A stretch of DNA of 64,000 nt. It comes from Arcobacteraceae bacterium (lineage in GTDB: Bacteria > Campylobacterota > Campylobacteria > Campylobacterales > Arcobacteraceae). This document shows positions 61,332 to 64,000 of the stretch, one piece after another. The position numbers and the translations under genes are program-made. The notes beneath the pieces were generated by a model. That model made no database searches and was not told where the DNA came from. It saw only the letters and a list, made by a program, of their open reading frames with translations. How positions within the stretch are numbered: position 1 is the stretch's first letter; every line of letters starts with the position of its first letter. Where the stretch lies: contig CBDCZH010000019.1 in NCBI GenBank assembly GCA_965224485.1, positions 64,001 to 128,000 of the forward strand, given 5' to 3'.

Positions 61332-61380
61332 TTAAACTCTTAATTTTGATATACTTCAAAATATTTATATAGGATATTTA

Positions 61381-62267
61381 ATGAATTCAAAAACAAAAGG
61401 TAATCTTTTTGGAATTACTGCTATTTTATTATGGACTACACTTGGATTATTTTCCTTATTAACGGGAAACATTCCTCCTTTCCAGTTAGTTTCTATATCT
61501 TTTTTTGTAGCTTCTTTAATTGGACTTATTATGTTAAAAGTTCAAGGTCATTGTTTTTCTTTACTATTTAAAATACCATTATTAGCTTGGATTATTGGAA
61601 TAAGTGGACTTTTTGCTTATCATTTTTTTTATTTTTTCGCTATTAAAAATGCACCCATTGTTGAAGCAAATTTATTGAATTATCTATGGCCCTTACTTAT
61701 AGTATTATTATCATCTTTATTCCAAATGAACGATTACGATGGTTTCATATTGCAGGTGCAATTTTTGGATTATTTGGGGCTTTTTTATTAGTTAGTAAAA
61801 ATGGTTCATTAGAACTTAATAGCCAATATTCTTTAGGATATATGTTTGCTATTTTAGCCGCTTTTACTTGGGCAAGTTATTCTGTTATTTTAAAAAAAAT
61901 GTCTCATATACCAACTTATAGTGTTACTGGTTTTTGTATTGTCACTACATTTTTATCTCTATTGTGTCATTTGACTTTTGAACAAACAATTATTCCTACA
62001 ACTACCCAGTTTATAGTAGCTATTTTAATAGGATTAGGTCCAGTAGGTGGAGCATTTTATGTTTGGGATTATGGTATGAAAAATGGAGATATAAAACTAT
62101 TAGGTTCTTTATCATATTTTATTCCACTATTTTCAACTTTTTTACTTATTATTTTTTCATCAGAAGAAATGAGCATAAGTATTGCTATTGCATGTATTTT
62201 AATCATTTGTGGATCTATTATAAGTTCGAAAGAACAATTATTAAATATGCTAAGAAAGAAGTCATAA
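61381..62267 (+). CDS. EamA/DMT-family transporter, split by a -1 indel near 61717
   Basis: PPFQL; AP.VEANLLNYLWPL. Adding one T gives SSFIPNERLRWFH, which continues to AFYVWD.GMK.GD. Confidence 0.88.
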
Positions 62268-62373
62268 ATTAAAAGTGAAACTATTACCACACTTGTTATA
62301 AAATTTATAAACAATTAATTGGTAAATAGGGGAATAGTATATTTAATTTTAAATTAGGCATGTAATTTATTTT

Positions 62374-62715
62374 CTATTTTATAAAACTTTTAATTTTCTC
62401 AATATTTAAAATAAGATTTTTTTTGAAATGTCTAATATAGATTAATATTAAAATAAATAAAAATAAAGTTATCGTAAGTAAACTAATATTTAAATTAGAA
62501 CTAGCAATACTTGATAATACTAATAAACAAGATATTGATATAAAAAAAATCAACATAATTTTACCATACAAAGAAAAAGTTTTAGAAGCAAACATAAGAA
62601 GTTTTATACTAGAGTAAATATTACTATTCATGTAAGTTAACATTTTATCACAACCTTTTACTTCTTTTATAGTATTTGTAAAATCATCAATTTCCTTATC
62701 TATTTTATTAAGCAC
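62374..62715 (-). CDS. Hypothetical membrane protein
   Basis: GTG start after AGGA; two hydrophobic segments. Confidence 0.55.
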   Translation of the reverse strand: MLNKIDKEIDDFTNTIKEVKGCDKMLTYMNSNIYSSIKLLMFASKTFSLYGKIMLIFFISISCLLVLSSIASSNLNISLLTITLFLFILILIYIRHFKKNLILNIEKIKSFIK

Positions 62716-62815
62716 TTTTATTCCTAAATTATTTTAAAGATAGTTTACTTAAATATTTCAGAATATATAATAAAGTGAAGATTCATTCTCTTGTATAAGA
62801 GTAAATAAATGAGTC

Positions 62816-64000
62816 TTAACTTTTTATATTTTTCATATGCTCTTGTATATTAACACTATCAAAGATATGAGATTTATCTACTTTTGCTATTTTTATAATA
62901 TGTTTTTTCTTTAAAACTAAAGTTATTTTAATTTCTAATTTGTTTAGTTTTGATATCATATCTTCAAGTGCAAATATCGCAGATATATCCATGAAGGGAA
63001 CATTTAAGCAGTTTATTATTAGGTGTTTCGTATCTAAAATTTTATTTACTTGTTCTTCAAAAATACAAGCTGAACCAAAGAAAAAAGCACCGTTTATGTT
63101 TAGTATTCTTGTATTTGATTTTTCATTTTTCATTTCATCTTTTTCATAATCAATAGTTTGAATATTAGACTCTTTTGAGATTCTGTAAACTATAAGAAGA
63201 GAAGCTAGTGCAATACCAGCTCCAACTGCTATAATTAAGTCTACAAAAACAGTTAGTAAAAACACTACGACCATAACGTAAAGGTCATATTTTGGAGCAT
63301 TTTTCATGATTCTTAGAAATTTATAATCAAGTATATCAATTCCTACTTTCATTAAAATACCAGCTAATAAAGCAAGAGGTATTTGAGAAACTATTGGAGC
63401 CATAAAAAGCATTGCACCAAGAATAGTAAGAGAGTGAATAATACCTGAAAGTCTTGTTCTTCCTCCACTTTTTACATTAATTACTGTTCTCATGGTAGCT
63501 CCTGCACCAGCTAGTCCACCAACTAAAGAGACAATAGTATTTCCTACTCCTTGCGCAATTAACTCTTTATTAGAGTTGTGTTTAGTCTTAGTAATAGAAT
63601 CAGCAACCAAAGAAGTTAAAAGTGTATCAATACATCCTAAAATAGCTAAGGCCAAAGCTAAGGTTATAATATCTTTTAGCTGATTAATCTCAAAAGAGGG
63701 TAATACAAAATTAGGAAGTGTTGTAGGAATTTCTCCTATTGTTTTTACGTCAAATCCAAAATATATGCTCATACTTGTAATAACAATTAATGCAATTAAT
63801 GGTGATGGAATAATTTTTGAAATTTTATTAGGAGTAAATAATGTTATAGCAAAAGTAGCTAAGGCAATTATGAGTGCTTGAGTGTCTATATTCGCTAAGG
63901 TTTGAGGTAAGTTATATAAGGTATTAATAACAGAACTATCTCCAGGTATTCCCATAAAAGGGTTTAGTTGCAAGATAATAATGATTAGACCAATACCACT
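62816..64000 (-). CDS. SulP/SLC26 anion transporter with STAS domain (5' end outside window)
   Basis: LG.IDTLLTSLVAD; N.ELIAQG.GN; GAGATMRT; GAFFFG; VPFMD.S. Frame open to the window edge (SGIGLIIIILQ). Confidence 0.93.
   Translation of the reverse strand, partial: SGIGLIIIILQLNPFMGIPGDSSVINTLYNLPQTLANIDTQALIIALATFAITLFTPNKISKIIPSPLIALIVITSMSIYFGFDVKTIGEIPTTLPNFVLPSFEINQLKDIITLALALAILGCIDTLLTSLVADSITKTKHNSNKELIAQGVGNTIVSLVGGLAGAGATMRTVINVKSGGRTRLSGIIHSLTILGAMLFMAPIVSQIPLALLAGILMKVGIDILDYKFLRIMKNAPKYDLYVMVVVFLLTVFVDLIIAVGAGIALASLLIVYRISKESNIQTIDYEKDEMKNEKSNTRILNINGAFFFGSACIFEEQVNKILDTKHLIINCLNVPFMDISAIFALEDMISKLNKLEIKITLVLKKKHIIKIAKVDKSHIFDSVNIQEHMKNIKS

Noticed and set aside
18263..63683. 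Other short ORFs overlapping larger genes (e.g. 18263, 18816, 20973, 21949, 23405, 24335, 26604, 28552, 30188, 35686, 37887, 38470, 44001, 52271, 53824, 55913, 56007, 57339, 62063, 62069, 62940, 63492)
   Set aside because: They lie antisense or out of frame within well-supported genes and show no motifs of their own.

Overview
Very AT-rich bacterial chromosome segment. Gene content and AAGGA-type ribosome-binding sites point to Campylobacterota, most likely Arcobacteraceae (inference). (1) 1-13330: an uncalled giant minus-strand adhesin ORF (>4,440 aa, runs off the left edge). It has 24 near-identical 294-bp cadherin-like repeats, two DUF4114-like domains and a LapA-like N-terminal di-alanine motif. 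Next to it are a degenerate AAA/DUF234 ATPase and what looks like a stand-alone copy of the adhesin N-terminal domain. (2) 15.5-36.6 kb: mostly housekeeping, transport and signalling genes (carB, xseB, metX, deaminase, DEAD helicase, ABC-F, CetAB-like pair, FKBP, NSS, GGDEF, sstT). (3) An uncalled CxxU selenoprotein with a SECIS-like hairpin (36670-36897), an atypical Pst-like ABC transporter, and an IS30 element interrupting a pentapeptide-repeat gene. (4) 51-60 kb: an operon joining a double-cubane-cluster-protein-like reductase and its ATP-dependent activase to membrane polyferredoxins, a His-rich/DUF4198-like fusion, a DsbD_2-type protein and an RND pump. This is the best candidate for an undescribed system. 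Six single-base indels split otherwise intact genes and are probably assembly errors. No rRNA, tRNA or CRISPR array was recognised. All family calls come from motif recognition by eye, not from database searches.
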